64,000 nucleotides of DNA from Candidatus Acetothermia bacterium JdFR-48 (GTDB lineage Bacteria > Bipolaricaulota > Bipolaricaulia > Bipolaricaulales > Bipolaricaulaceae), in NCBI GenBank assembly GCA_002011425.1, contig MTNJ01000053.1, positions 11,418-75,417 of the forward strand, in the 5' to 3' direction. Within the stretch, counting starts at the first letter, position 1. Each line of letters starts with the position of its first letter. Below the pieces are notes generated by a model. It did no database searches and was not told where the DNA came from. It was given only the letters and a program-made list of their open reading frames with translations. The translations under genes and the position numbers were made by a program. Below are positions 1-9,463 of the stretch, in pieces.

Positions 1-420
1 CACCAGGGCCAGGGGGGAATCCAATATCCCAAGCCGCGCAAAGAGGATGTACAACGGGATCAATACCAAGATCTTCGGAAAAATGTACGAAACCAAAAAC
101 AGCCGGAACATGAACCTGCGCCCGGGATACCGACACCGGTAGACGCTGTACGCCGCGAAAGTGGCGGCGAGGGCCGTGATCAGCGCCGTGCTCGAGGCCA
201 CGAGGAAGCTGTTGTAGTAATAGCGCAAGAAGTCCACCTGTTTGAACAGGCGACGATAGTGTTCCAGCGTGAAACTGTGGGGCACGAAGGTGGGTTTGAG
301 CGAAAGCAACTCCGGCGTCGGCTTGAAGGAGCAGATGAACACCCAGTACATCGGGGCGGCGAAGAAGCTTATGACGGCGATGACCGAGAGATACTTGGCT
401 ATAGGCTTGAGGTGCTTCAC
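1..420 (-). CDS. Carbohydrate ABC transporter permease (MalG/CUT1 type), 5' part only; the gene runs off the window start
   Basis: Open-ended, so absent from the ORF track. Reverse translation from GTG at 420-418 gives KHLKPIAKYLSVIAVISFFAAPMYWVFICSFKPTPELLSLKPTFVPHSFTLEHYRRLF..., a typical N-terminus of the second sugar permease. Its start overlaps the stop of the upstream permease as GTGA (417-420). Confidence 0.8.
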   Translation of the reverse strand, partial: MKHLKPIAKYLSVIAVISFFAAPMYWVFICSFKPTPELLSLKPTFVPHSFTLEHYRRLFKQVDFLRYYYNSFLVASSTALITALAATFAAYSVYRCRYPGRRFMFRLFLVSYIFPKILVLIPLYILFARLGILDSPLALV

Positions 421-1313
421 CCCTCCGCCCCTTCCCTAAACAAAGTCCGCAGGTAGGCCACGGCGAAGCCAAGCAGGAAGAGGAACATGATCACCGACAT
501 GGCGGCGGCTTCGCTGAACCGGAAGTCCTGGAAAGCCCTCTTGTAGATGTAGATGGGCAGCGTGGTGGTGAAGTCCAGGGGGCCTCCCCGGGTGAGCAGC
601 CAGATGGTGTCGAAGATGTTTATCGACCACAGGAAGCTTATGAGGGTGACCACGCTCAACACGGGCTTGATGGTGGGGAGGGTGATGTGCCAGAAGCGAC
701 GCAGGGTAGAGGCCCCGTCGACCAATGCCGCCTCCATGAGTTCCTTGGGAATAGTTTGTAAAGCGGCCAGCACGATAATCGCGAAATACGGAGTCCACCG
801 CCAGACGTTGATGAAGATCACCGTGGGCATTACCCACTGGGACGAGCTCAGGAACCGGAGGGGAGAGGGGACAAGGCCTCCGCTTTTGAGGAGGTAATTC
901 ACCACACCGTGCGTGGGATCGAGGATCCACGTCCACATGATCGCCAAAACCACGGTGGGGAGGACCCAGGGAAGGATGATCCAGTTCCGGATGATGGTCC
1001 TTCCCCTGAACTGCTGGTTGAGTACTAGGGCGACCAGGAGGCTCCCCAATACTTGGAAGGCCACGTTACACACCGTCCAGATCAGGCTCCGTAGGCAGGC
1101 CTTCCAGAAGTCGGGGTCGCCCAATATACGGGAGTAATTAGAAACCCCGATGAACCGTGCGGGAACCCCCACATACCTTACGTTGTAGAACCCGAGTTGC
1201 GAGGCGTAGAGAAGTGGATAAATCAGGGTGATCAACACCCAAATCAAAAGCGGCGCAACCAAGAGCAACCCGAGGAAGGGATCTTCGGTTATCTTTCGTC
1301 GCAACGTTTTCAT
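417..1313 (-). CDS. Carbohydrate ABC transporter permease (MalF/UgpA type)
   Basis: 298 aa with multiple TM segments and the EAA loop EAALVDGASTLRRFWHITLPTIKP. ATG start at 1313. Lies between a binding-protein gene and a second permease. Confidence 0.9.
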   Translation of the reverse strand: MKTLRRKITEDPFLGLLLVAPLLIWVLITLIYPLLYASQLGFYNVRYVGVPARFIGVSNYSRILGDPDFWKACLRSLIWTVCNVAFQVLGSLLVALVLNQQFRGRTIIRNWIILPWVLPTVVLAIMWTWILDPTHGVVNYLLKSGGLVPSPLRFLSSSQWVMPTVIFINVWRWTPYFAIIVLAALQTIPKELMEAALVDGASTLRRFWHITLPTIKPVLSVVTLISFLWSINIFDTIWLLTRGGPLDFTTTLPIYIYKRAFQDFRFSEAAAMSVIMFLFLLGFAVAYLRTLFREGAEG

Positions 1314-1370
1314 AAGTGTGAAGTAAAAGGCGGCCGGACTTGGGATCGCCCGACCGCCTTCAAGACCTCT

Positions 1371-2669
1371 TTATTCTTGGATCGCTCCCCGCATCTTCGC
1401 CGCGCCCTTGGCCACCGCTTCAGCGGGGCTCAGACCGGCCACGGTGATCTGTTGGGCCGTCCACGCCAGGATGTTGCCGGCGGAGATGGCGCCGACGTTG
1501 GGGTTGACGGTGTCACGGGTAAAGCCGAAGAGCTTTCCGTACTTGGAGGACTCGATGGCGATCACCACAGCGGCGGTCTTTTCCTTGATGATGGGGTCGC
1601 TCCAGAAGGCGTCCGAGTAGAGGACTTCCTGGGTGACGGGGAGGAAGAACCCGGGGTCCATGTGGAGGAGCCGACTCATGATCTCGGGCTGGTAAAGCCA
1701 CTGGATGAAGGTGGCGAACGCGGCCCGCTTCTGCGGGTCGTCGGTGAGTAGCATCAGGCCGTTGGAGTAGTAGATGGTCCCGGGCTGCCCGCCCTCGGGA
1801 ACGGGTACGGGAGCCGCGCCCAGGAACTCCAGGGGTAGGTCGGTGTTGTCCACCCAACCCTTAATGTAGTGGCCCTTCTCCATGACCATGGCCACTTGCC
1901 CGGTGAAGAACGCCGTACGCGGCTGGTCCCACTTCCAGTTCTCGCTGCCCGGCGGGGAGTAGTCGAAAAGCTTCTTGTAGAAGGCATAGGCCTCCACGGT
2001 GCGGGGGTTGTCGAAGATTATCTCGTTGGGATCCTCGCCGAAGATGTGCTCAGCCTTATTCACCACCATCAGGGTATAGATCAACTGGTCTGTGGCCATG
2101 TGAATGGCCCCGGGGACGGCGATGGGATATTCCACCACGCCGCTCGCCTTCAGCTTCTCACACACCTCCAGAAGCTCGTCCCAGGTCCTAGGGGGCTTGT
2201 TGGGGTCCAAGCCGGCCTTCTCGAAGATGTCCTTGCGGTACCAGAGGACGAAGTCCATGCCGTAGATGGGCACAGCCCAATAGTTTCCGTCGAAGAAGTA
2301 GGGGTCCAGGGAGGATTGGATGAAGGTGTATTCTCCCTCGAGTTTGGCAATCAGATCGTCCAGCGGCTGTACCACCCCGAGCGCCTTTATGTAGGTCAGG
2401 AAGTCGGGGATACAGAGCATGAAATCGGGGCCCCGTCCGGCCTGAATGGCTGCGGGGGCTTTGACGTAGATCTCCCCCCAGCTTTGGACTTGGGGTATGA
2501 CCTTGATCCCGGGATGCTCGGCATTGAACTGGTCACAAAGTTCCTTGATCCGTTCGACACGGTGTGGGCGGGCCTCCATGTGCCAGAAGACGAGCTCCAC
2601 GGGGGCCGTCCAGGCCAACAATCCAACCAGGAGCAAAAGTCCACCACACACAAGCGCAACCCTTCGCAT
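1371..2669 (-). CDS. Sugar ABC transporter substrate-binding protein (family 1)
   Basis: Signal-anchor RRVALVCGGLLLLVGLLAW followed by a family-1 SBP-like sequence. The ORF-track start (TTG at 2675) is probably too long; the ATG at 2669 is preceded by AAGGAGGG with a 7 nt spacer. Confidence 0.9.
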   Translation of the reverse strand: MRRVALVCGGLLLLVGLLAWTAPVELVFWHMEARPHRVERIKELCDQFNAEHPGIKVIPQVQSWGEIYVKAPAAIQAGRGPDFMLCIPDFLTYIKALGVVQPLDDLIAKLEGEYTFIQSSLDPYFFDGNYWAVPIYGMDFVLWYRKDIFEKAGLDPNKPPRTWDELLEVCEKLKASGVVEYPIAVPGAIHMATDQLIYTLMVVNKAEHIFGEDPNEIIFDNPRTVEAYAFYKKLFDYSPPGSENWKWDQPRTAFFTGQVAMVMEKGHYIKGWVDNTDLPLEFLGAAPVPVPEGGQPGTIYYSNGLMLLTDDPQKRAAFATFIQWLYQPEIMSRLLHMDPGFFLPVTQEVLYSDAFWSDPIIKEKTAAVVIAIESSKYGKLFGFTRDTVNPNVGAISAGNILAWTAQQITVAGLSPAEAVAKGAAKMRGAIQE

Positions 2670-2693
2670 CGGCAATCCCTCCTTTGTGGTTTT

Positions 2694-3383
2694 TTATTTT
2701 TCTTTAGAAGTTTCAGCCGGGCTCTCACCTCCCTTTAATGCAGTCAGAGCTTCCTTCTTCGCGCGTTCCAGATGTGATGCAAGGGCAGTGGTCGCTCTTT
2801 TCAGGTCTTTTCCGGCTATAGCCTCGACAATCTTGCGGTGTTCTCTGCAGGCGGCCCGCGGGTTCATCGTCAAACGCGTAGTAAGCTTGATTAAATCGAT
2901 GATGCCATTCGCGAACTTTGTCAGCCATTGACTTTGGGATCCACGAATTAATAGATCGAGATGCAATTTCTCGTCCATCTTCCGCACTTCAGATACTAAA
3001 TCTTCCCCAGGGGCGGAATCTAAACGGGCAATCCAGTTCTGTAGATGGACCAGGAGATCCCAGTTGATACACCCTTTCTTAATAACATATTCCAAGGCGA
3101 GTACTTCCAAAGCTCGGCGCAAGTCGAAAAGCTCCTCGATGTCGGCCGGGGTTAGCTCGATCACGAAGTAACCCACATATGGTTTTGAAACCACCAATCC
3201 TTGTTCCGCTAGTTTTTGAAGGGCTTCACGAAGGGGGGTTTGACTCACAGATAGCTCTTGAGCCAGCTTTTGGACCTCTATCTTTTCTCCAGGCCGCAGT
3301 TGAAAATTTAAAATTCGCTCTCGGATGAGGCCACTTACCTGTTCAACTAAGGTTTTTTTCACCACCGCATCATTTGAAGCCAT
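2694..3383 (-). CDS. GntR-family transcriptional regulator (FadR/FCD subfamily)
   Basis: N-terminal winged helix LSVSQTPLREALQKLAEQGLVVSKPYVGYFV plus a helical C-terminal FCD-like domain. ATG at 3383. Confidence 0.85.
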   Translation of the reverse strand: MASNDAVVKKTLVEQVSGLIRERILNFQLRPGEKIEVQKLAQELSVSQTPLREALQKLAEQGLVVSKPYVGYFVIELTPADIEELFDLRRALEVLALEYVIKKGCINWDLLVHLQNWIARLDSAPGEDLVSEVRKMDEKLHLDLLIRGSQSQWLTKFANGIIDLIKLTTRLTMNPRAACREHRKIVEAIAGKDLKRATTALASHLERAKKEALTALKGGESPAETSKEK

Positions 3384-3390
3384 AACTTAA

Positions 3391-3418
3391 AGTATACAAT
3401 ATATCATATATTTATCAA
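3391..3418 (-). promoter_or_regulatory. Putative sigma70-type promoter of the GntR gene; predicts a leaderless mRNA
   Basis: On the minus strand: TTGATA (3418-3413), 16 nt spacer, TATACT (3396-3391), then 7 nt (ttaagtt, no SD) to the ATG at 3383. A GTATAC palindrome overlaps the -10 and could be an autoregulatory GntR-type half-site. Confidence 0.4.
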
Positions 3419-4405
3419 GGGACCCACGATCCCCCTTCACAAATCTGGGATGCCCCACTCGCGGGAATTCTTTCGTTCTATTCCCTCATCCAGTGAGCAC
3501 CCCCCGAGGACACAATGGTCTCATTTTGGAGACAGAGGGGGAGACTGGCTGGATGCAATGGGAGACACCACTCTGCATAGCCGATCTGACTTTACAGAGC
3601 TGAGGGTTTGAACTTCCCCAGTCGCTCTCTACGGAAAACATCTTCCTCCCCCTTCCATCTCCCTTCCCCCCGCGGAAGGGGCGAAACCGGGGGAACTCCT
3701 CGCACCATGTCGGTCAACGGACTTCCTCGAGCTCAAATAAACCCGTCCTTAGAGACCCCTGTCTTTATCTTTTGTGAAGCCAGGAGACGTCTCGCCCCTT
3801 ATCTAGACATGAGAGAATGGACCAGCAAAAACGCTTATGAAGTGAAGCAATGGGGCATCTGGCCGAGTCACCCGGGGAGGGAGAAGGAAACGAACCCCGT
3901 CACGCTTCGGCCTCGAGCTTTCAAAAAAATCGACGTCCGTCAGGGCGAAACGTATAGGTACGAGCTCTTATTTCTCATAGATGACGAAGTGCTGTACCAA
4001 TCGAAACGAACGTCAAAGTTCAGGGACAAAAGGGCATCGATGATTGTTCGGGCATGCGCTTTCAGAGATGTTCTGGTCAGGACCCAGACTGTCGAAACGT
4101 GCACTAATGGGGAACAATTTCGATCGCGTTCACACCCATATTGGAACTGAAGAGATCCACGCGTGTTTTTTCCGCCTGCAATTCTTCAGATCTTCCTTAA
4201 ACATCCGCTCAATAACCGCTCATTCTCTCAGCTCAACATCGAGTATATGGATGGCGAAGGACAAAGATGTTCAAAGAATTCATGCAATATAGGATGAGAG
4301 CCCGCCATTCTCCGGACCTACTTCATGGGGCACCGCCCATCTCCACCCAATCTTCCAGGGATTCGCTGTATAACCGAACCAAGAATTGGCCTGACGCCTG
4401 CTTCC

Positions 4406-5158
4406 TCAGAGTAAGCGCCTGGCCGCCCCTTCATCTACTACCACCGTTAGGGAAGGGTGGAGTTGCAGCACAGATGCCGGAATTTCCGGGGTAACAGGGC
4501 CAAAAATTGCCTTTGCTAAAATCTCCGCCTTCTCTTCTCCGCTGGCAAGAAGCAGGATGCGACGGGCACGCATGATGGTTTTGATTCCCATGGTGATCGC
4601 CCTCTCAGGCGTCCCGTCAATTCCCCCAAAACGGGACGCCTCATTTTTCCTGGTGTCTGGGGAGAGCACTGCCACATGGGTGAGGCTCTCAAAGGGAGTT
4701 CCCGGCTCGTTGAAGGCAATATGGCCGTTTGCACCGATCCCAAGGACAGCGAGGTCTATCCCGCCAGCCTCTTCGATCAACGCCTCATACCGGGAGCATT
4801 CCTCCCATGGATCTTCTGGTGTGCTCGAAGGGATATGGATGTTCTCTGCGTTGAGGTTGACCTTGCTCCATAAGTGCTCCTGCATGTAAGCACGGAAGCC
4901 TTGAGGGTGATCTGGGGGGATCGCCAGGAACTCGTCCAGATTGAAGACGGTGACCTGGGAGAAATCTAGCAACCCTTCCTGATAAAAACGGACCAGGAAA
5001 GCATACATCCCCTTTGGGGTTTCCCCTGTCGGCAAGGCTAAGGTGGAGTTCGGCCTCTCTAGAATTTGTTGGGCAACGATCCGCGCGGCGCTCATCGATA
5101 GAGCCCGGAAATCCTTTTCGACAAGAATCCCGCGAAGCACCCTTGAACCCCTTGTCAC
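4406..5158 (-). CDS. nagB: Glucosamine-6-phosphate deaminase
   Basis: NagB motifs LALPTGETPKGMY, FNLDEF and GIGANGHIAFNEPG. The ORF-track start is GTG at 5158. GTG at 5140 (MLRGILVEKDF, preceded by AAGGGG at 7 nt) is an equally good or better start. Confidence 0.9.
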   Translation of the reverse strand: MTRGSRVLRGILVEKDFRALSMSAARIVAQQILERPNSTLALPTGETPKGMYAFLVRFYQEGLLDFSQVTVFNLDEFLAIPPDHPQGFRAYMQEHLWSKVNLNAENIHIPSSTPEDPWEECSRYEALIEEAGGIDLAVLGIGANGHIAFNEPGTPFESLTHVAVLSPDTRKNEASRFGGIDGTPERAITMGIKTIMRARRILLLASGEEKAEILAKAIFGPVTPEIPASVLQLHPSLTVVVDEGAARRLL

Positions 5159-5180
5159 TGCCGGATTTGCAGTATATAAT
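5152..5180 (+). promoter_or_regulatory. Putative promoter for the ROK regulator / sugar ABC operon
   Basis: TTGTCA (5152-5157), 17 nt spacer, TATAAT (5175-5180). About 40 nt of leader with AAGGTGAG before the GTG start. Confidence 0.45.
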
Positions 5181-5208
5181 TAAGTTACTAACAAAATTTT
5201 TGGACTGC

Positions 5209-5237
5209 AATATAGCCTAAGGTGAGAAGTGTGTCAA
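5209..5237 (-). promoter_or_regulatory. Putative nagB promoter
   Basis: On the minus strand: TTGACA (5237-5232, inside the first codons of the ROK ORF), 17 nt spacer, TATATT (5214-5209). Confidence 0.45.
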
Positions 5238-6412
5238 GCATCGCCCAGGTTATTTCGGCGATTCGGGAGAACCCCGGTATCACCCGGCCCCAAATCGCAC
5301 GTATGTGTAAGCTGAGCCGCCCCGCCGTTTCCATGATCTTGAGATTGCTTGTGGAGAAAGGGCTGGTTAGAGAGGATGGAACGGTGAAATCCAACGCCGT
5401 TGGGCGAAACCCCATCAAACTCAAGTTCAATTACGATGCATTTCAAATTGTAGGGGTGGATATTGGCGGGACCAACCTGCGCGGGGCAATACTCGATCTC
5501 GACGGTAAAGTCTCACAACGGCGTACAGAATCAATATGTCCCGATGATCTCCTCGAACAGGTCTCGGCACTAATCCGTGCCCTGATTGAAAAAACAGATA
5601 CGTGCTTGTTAGGGATCGGGATCGGTGTAGCGGGGACGGTCGATCCTGCATCCGGTACGGTGTTTAACGCACCTGCCCTACGGAAGCAAAATTTAAATTT
5701 AGCACAGGCCCTCACAAGAGATCTCGGACTGCCCGTATACGTCGACAACGATGTGAACCTTGCCGCCGTTGGGGAACATTGGCGAGGGGCTGCGAGGGGA
5801 AGCAAGAACTCCATTTGTATCTCAATCGGGACGGGCATCGGTGCGGGACTCATATTGGACGGTCGTTTATATCGTGGGAGTCACAATCTAGCTGGTGAGG
5901 TGGGGTATTTCTTTTACCGGGATCGGTTACCGGAAGAACCGATTTACGGTTTCGGGGACTTCGAGCTTTCCGCGGGGGGATGGGGCTTAAGACAGCGAGC
6001 CCTTGAAGAGCTCGAAAAAGGGGAGACCGTTGAAACTTTGCTGCATTCCCTCGTAGAAGATGGTCGGTCCACACTGGATGCACAGACGGTGGTAAAGGCA
6101 GCTATGAAAGGGGATGTCTTTGCTAACAGGCTGATACAAGAGGCCAGTTTCAAGATAGGAATAACCGTGGCCAATGTTGTCAGCCTGTTGGACCTCGAGG
6201 CGGTGGTCCTTACGGGCGGATTGATGACCTCGGCGGCCGAGTGGATCCTCCCCGCCGTCGAGGAAGCGATCAGGTATGTCGCCCTTCCCGAGATCCGCGA
6301 TAAGGTCAGCGTGCGTATAGGACGACTCGGTGAGGACGCCGTCTTGATCGGAGCAGCGTACCAGGTTCAGGAGAGTGAACTCCCGCTAGTCATCAAGAAA
6401 GAAAGGGGGTGA
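5222..6412 (+). CDS. ROK-family transcriptional regulator (NagC/XylR-like)
   Basis: N-terminal wHTH (ITRPQIARMCKLSRPAVSMILRLLVEKGLV) plus ROK sugar-kinase fold motifs GVDIGGTNLRGA, GIGIGVAGTVD and DNDVNLAAVGEHW. GTG start at 5222; the GTG at 5231 is also possible. Confidence 0.85.
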   Translation: MRSVSSIAQVISAIRENPGITRPQIARMCKLSRPAVSMILRLLVEKGLVREDGTVKSNAVGRNPIKLKFNYDAFQIVGVDIGGTNLRGAILDLDGKVSQRRTESICPDDLLEQVSALIRALIEKTDTCLLGIGIGVAGTVDPASGTVFNAPALRKQNLNLAQALTRDLGLPVYVDNDVNLAAVGEHWRGAARGSKNSICISIGTGIGAGLILDGRLYRGSHNLAGEVGYFFYRDRLPEEPIYGFGDFELSAGGWGLRQRALEELEKGETVETLLHSLVEDGRSTLDAQTVVKAAMKGDVFANRLIQEASFKIGITVANVVSLLDLEAVVLTGGLMTSAAEWILPAVEEAIRYVALPEIRDKVSVRIGRLGEDAVLIGAAYQVQESELPLVIKKERG

Positions 6413-6462
6413 TAAACCGAAGATATAACGACTCGCATTGAAAACTTTGGAGGAGGTGTGAA

Positions 6463-7701
6463 ATGAAACGAAAAAGTCTGATCGTTTTCCTGTTGGTATC
6501 GTTTGTGGCCCTCTATGGGCTCAGCAAAGTAACCATTACTTACTGGCAGTACTTCTACGAGACAAGGGTGAACGCAATAGATTTGTTGATCAAGGAATTC
6601 GAAAAGGAGAATCCTGATATCGATGTGGTGCAGGAAACTTTCCCGTATGAGGCTTTCCAGCAACGCGTTGCCGCTGCGATCCCCGCGGGGAAAGGACCTG
6701 AGGTTATCACATTGTATTACGGGTGGCTGCCTACATGGAAAAGGGCTGGCTATGTGAAACCCCTGCCCTTTACTCCCGACGAGGCCGCGTTCGTCCCCCT
6801 GATCCAAGTAGCGAAGATGGAGGGGAAATACTGGGGCCTGCCCACGGCCGTTCGCTCCCTCGCCCTGATTTATAACAAAGATATGTTCGATGAGGCCGGC
6901 GTCCCGGCTGCGCCAACGACGTGGGAAGAATTTGTTGAAATAGGCCAGAAACTAACCATAAAACGCGGCCCCATGATCATACGTGCTGGCTTCGGGATCG
7001 CACCTCAGGGACAGGATCACCATCTCGTGCGTGAAGTCCTCATCAGACAGTTCGGCGGACAACCTTACAGCGACGACTACTGCCAGGTGATGTATGACAG
7101 TCCCGAGGGAGCAGCAGCGCTCAAGTTTTACACCGATCTGCAGTTAAAGTACGAAATTGGGGATGTGGATTTCGTGGCCAACTATCGCGACGGTTTTATA
7201 GCGGGGGACATCGGAATGATAATAGACGGGTCCTTCGCGATTGGTACCATCCTAAAAGGAGCTCAATTCAAGGTTGGATTTGCTGAGCTACCCGTGTTAG
7301 AGCCCGGCGGGACAAAAGCGAACTTCGCCTCTTTCTGGATGCACGCCCTAACTCCGCGGGCGTACGAGAGCGAAGAGAAACTGGAGGCGGCCGTTAAATT
7401 CCTCAAATTCATCACCTCCGAACGCGCCATGCGACTGTGGTTGGAAGTGGTGGGAGAACTCCCCGCTCGGTTGACACTTATAGAAGATCCTGAGCTCGCA
7501 CAGGATCCGATCTATGGGCCATTCATCCGTGCACTGCCATATTCCTATGCAACACGCTTCTATGATGAGATAGCACAGCGCCGTATCATGTTAGACGCCA
7601 TTGATAGAGTATTGAAGGAAGGTATGGACCCAGCCGATTCATTGAAGATAGCGGCTGCCGAGGAACAAAAGATCCTGGATGAATACTGTGTGAGTAAATA
7701 A
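6463..7701 (+). CDS. Sugar ABC transporter substrate-binding protein (family 1)
   Basis: 412 aa with an N-terminal signal anchor KSLIVFLLVSFVALYG. GGAGGAGG SD upstream of the ATG. Followed by two permease genes. Confidence 0.9.
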   Translation: MKRKSLIVFLLVSFVALYGLSKVTITYWQYFYETRVNAIDLLIKEFEKENPDIDVVQETFPYEAFQQRVAAAIPAGKGPEVITLYYGWLPTWKRAGYVKPLPFTPDEAAFVPLIQVAKMEGKYWGLPTAVRSLALIYNKDMFDEAGVPAAPTTWEEFVEIGQKLTIKRGPMIIRAGFGIAPQGQDHHLVREVLIRQFGGQPYSDDYCQVMYDSPEGAAALKFYTDLQLKYEIGDVDFVANYRDGFIAGDIGMIIDGSFAIGTILKGAQFKVGFAELPVLEPGGTKANFASFWMHALTPRAYESEEKLEAAVKFLKFITSERAMRLWLEVVGELPARLTLIEDPELAQDPIYGPFIRALPYSYATRFYDEIAQRRIMLDAIDRVLKEGMDPADSLKIAAAEEQKILDEYCVSK

Positions 7702-7731
7702 AACATCCTATCCATCGGGGGAGCGCCGGCG

Positions 7732-8655
7732 GTGCGAATGAAAAAGTTGCCCTTGGGTTTATCGCAGCGCGAGGCACTTTGGGCCTATGCCTTCCTGGCG
7801 CTCCCCCTCGCCTTTTTTCTTTTCATCAGGATTTGGCCTGCCCTACAAGCTTTTCAGATTTCTTTTTACCAATGGCATGCTGATCCTTCACAACGTCAGT
7901 TCATCGGCCTCGCAAACTACTGGAGGATGTTCCATGACCCGCGTTTCCTTCAGGCCCTCAGAAACACCCTCTTCTATACCCTGTTAGGTGTGCCGGCTGA
8001 GGTAACCTTTGCCCTCGCCATTGCCCTGCTTCTCAACTCCGTCGGCAAGAGGTTCCGTGCGTTATTCCGCGCAATCTACTTCGCCCCATACGTGACGCCT
8101 CCCGTGGCGGTGGCCTGGACGTGGTTCATGTTATTGAATCCTCACCGGGGTGTTGTCAATCGGGTACTTGTCGCCCTTGGATTGCCACCACAGCCCTTCC
8201 TTTCGGACCCAGCGACAGCCTTGCCCACGGTGACCGCTGTAGTAGTGTGGCAATTTTTGGGGTTTCACGTGTTAATATTCCTGGCCGGCTTACAGAACAT
8301 TCCCCAGATGTACTATGAAGCGGCGCAGATTGACGGTGCGCATGGGTGGCGGTTGTTCCGTTACATCACCTTGCCCCTTCTCAAACCGATGATCGCGGTC
8401 TCAGTACTTATGGCGACTGCGGGGCCTTCGATCGGCTTTCTCCAACTGTTCACCCACGTTATAAATCTAACGTGGCAAAACCCTGGAGGGCCACTTGGCA
8501 GTACGCTCACCGTTTTACTCTATATGTATGAACGTGCCTTCGGGGCTTTCGAAATGGGTTACGGCGCAGCAATCGTAGTGTTTTTGTTCTTCATCCTGGC
8601 CCTTATAAGCCTTATAGAATTTAAGGTATTGGGGCGCAAAGTTGAATACAGATAA
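7732..8655 (+). CDS. Sugar ABC transporter permease (MalF type)
   Basis: 307 aa with 6 predicted TM segments and the EAA loop YEAAQIDGAHGWRLFRYITLPLLKP. Confidence 0.9.
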   Translation: MRMKKLPLGLSQREALWAYAFLALPLAFFLFIRIWPALQAFQISFYQWHADPSQRQFIGLANYWRMFHDPRFLQALRNTLFYTLLGVPAEVTFALAIALLLNSVGKRFRALFRAIYFAPYVTPPVAVAWTWFMLLNPHRGVVNRVLVALGLPPQPFLSDPATALPTVTAVVVWQFLGFHVLIFLAGLQNIPQMYYEAAQIDGAHGWRLFRYITLPLLKPMIAVSVLMATAGPSIGFLQLFTHVINLTWQNPGGPLGSTLTVLLYMYERAFGAFEMGYGAAIVVFLFFILALISLIEFKVLGRKVEYR

Positions 8656-8659
8656 GAAG

Positions 8660-9463
8660 ATGAAAGGGAGAGCGATCAGCTACCTCATTCTATGTGGCTT
8701 CGCTGTGATAATGATCTACCCGTTTCTGTGGGCTATCAGCACTTCTTTTAAACCTCTCTACGAGGCCTTCTCACCGAACCTCGTACCGAAGAATCCCACC
8801 TTGGAAAATTACCGAGTTCTGTTCTCCAGGACTTTATTCCCGCGTTGGATCTGGAATAGCCTCATTGTTGCTGTGGGAACTGTGGCTTCCGTTCTGCTCT
8901 TTTGTTCTCTAGTAGGATATACCTTGGCCAAGTTGAGATTTCCCGGCAAGCCATTGGTGTTTGCCCTCATCATGTCTACTCTATTTGTGCCCACTCAGAT
9001 GCTGGTCATCCCTTGGTATCAAATGGCCGTCAGATACGGTTGGCTTGATACTCACTGGGGGATCATATTCCCGGGCTTGATTCCGGCATTCGGTGTGTTC
9101 CTGATGCGGCAGGCCTTCTCGGTCCTGCCGAACGACCTCATTGACGCCGCTAGGATTGATGGGCTCAATGAATTCGGTATTTTCCTCCGAGTAGCCTTGC
9201 CATTGGTGAGGCCTGCCCTGGCGACACTCGGGATTCTCACGTTCGTGGGCAACTGGAGCGCCTTCGTCTGGCCCCTTATCGTCTCTCAACGGAAGGCCAT
9301 GTATACATTGCCAGTGGGCATTGCGCTTTTCTCTGGAGAAGCTGGGTCAAAATGGAATCTCATCGCCGCAGCCTCAGTTTTGGGGACGGTACCGATGCTG
9401 GTCATCTTCGTCCTCTTCCAGAGACTCATAATCAGAGGGGCAGTTATGTCCGGCCTCAAATGA
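8660..9463 (+). CDS. Sugar ABC transporter permease (MalG type)
   Basis: EAA loop DAARIDGLNEFGIFLRVALPLVRP. The ATG at 8660 (MKGRAISYLILCGF...) lies 4 nt after the upstream stop. The ORF-track TTG at 8642 is an alternative start. Confidence 0.85.
   Translation: MKGRAISYLILCGFAVIMIYPFLWAISTSFKPLYEAFSPNLVPKNPTLENYRVLFSRTLFPRWIWNSLIVAVGTVASVLLFCSLVGYTLAKLRFPGKPLVFALIMSTLFVPTQMLVIPWYQMAVRYGWLDTHWGIIFPGLIPAFGVFLMRQAFSVLPNDLIDAARIDGLNEFGIFLRVALPLVRPALATLGILTFVGNWSAFVWPLIVSQRKAMYTLPVGIALFSGEAGSKWNLIAAASVLGTVPMLVIFVLFQRLIIRGAVMSGLK

Noticed and set aside
4056-4068. 13-mer GCGCTTTCAGAGA shared with 12992-13004 (both in non-coding-looking DNA), possibly a repeat-element remnant
   Set aside because: Similarity decays within a few bases on both sides. 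By rough estimate, tens of exact 13-mer coincidences are expected by chance in a 64 kb window.
3608-4150. 180-aa ORF (TTG start) in the AT-richer gap
   Set aside because: It has no SD, no recognisable motifs, and overlaps two other equally unconvincing ORFs. I kept it as a finding about the gap rather than calling a CDS.
9352-9459. 36-codon N-terminal extension of the lyase ORF, plus similar ORF-track extensions (24934-25143, 50308-50460, 52393-52644, 54088-54165, 61876-62148)
   Set aside because: The extensions overlap the preceding gene in another frame and are compositionally off-frame-like. In each case an internal ATG or GTG with an SD, a -10 box, or a start/stop overlap gives the family-typical N-terminus.
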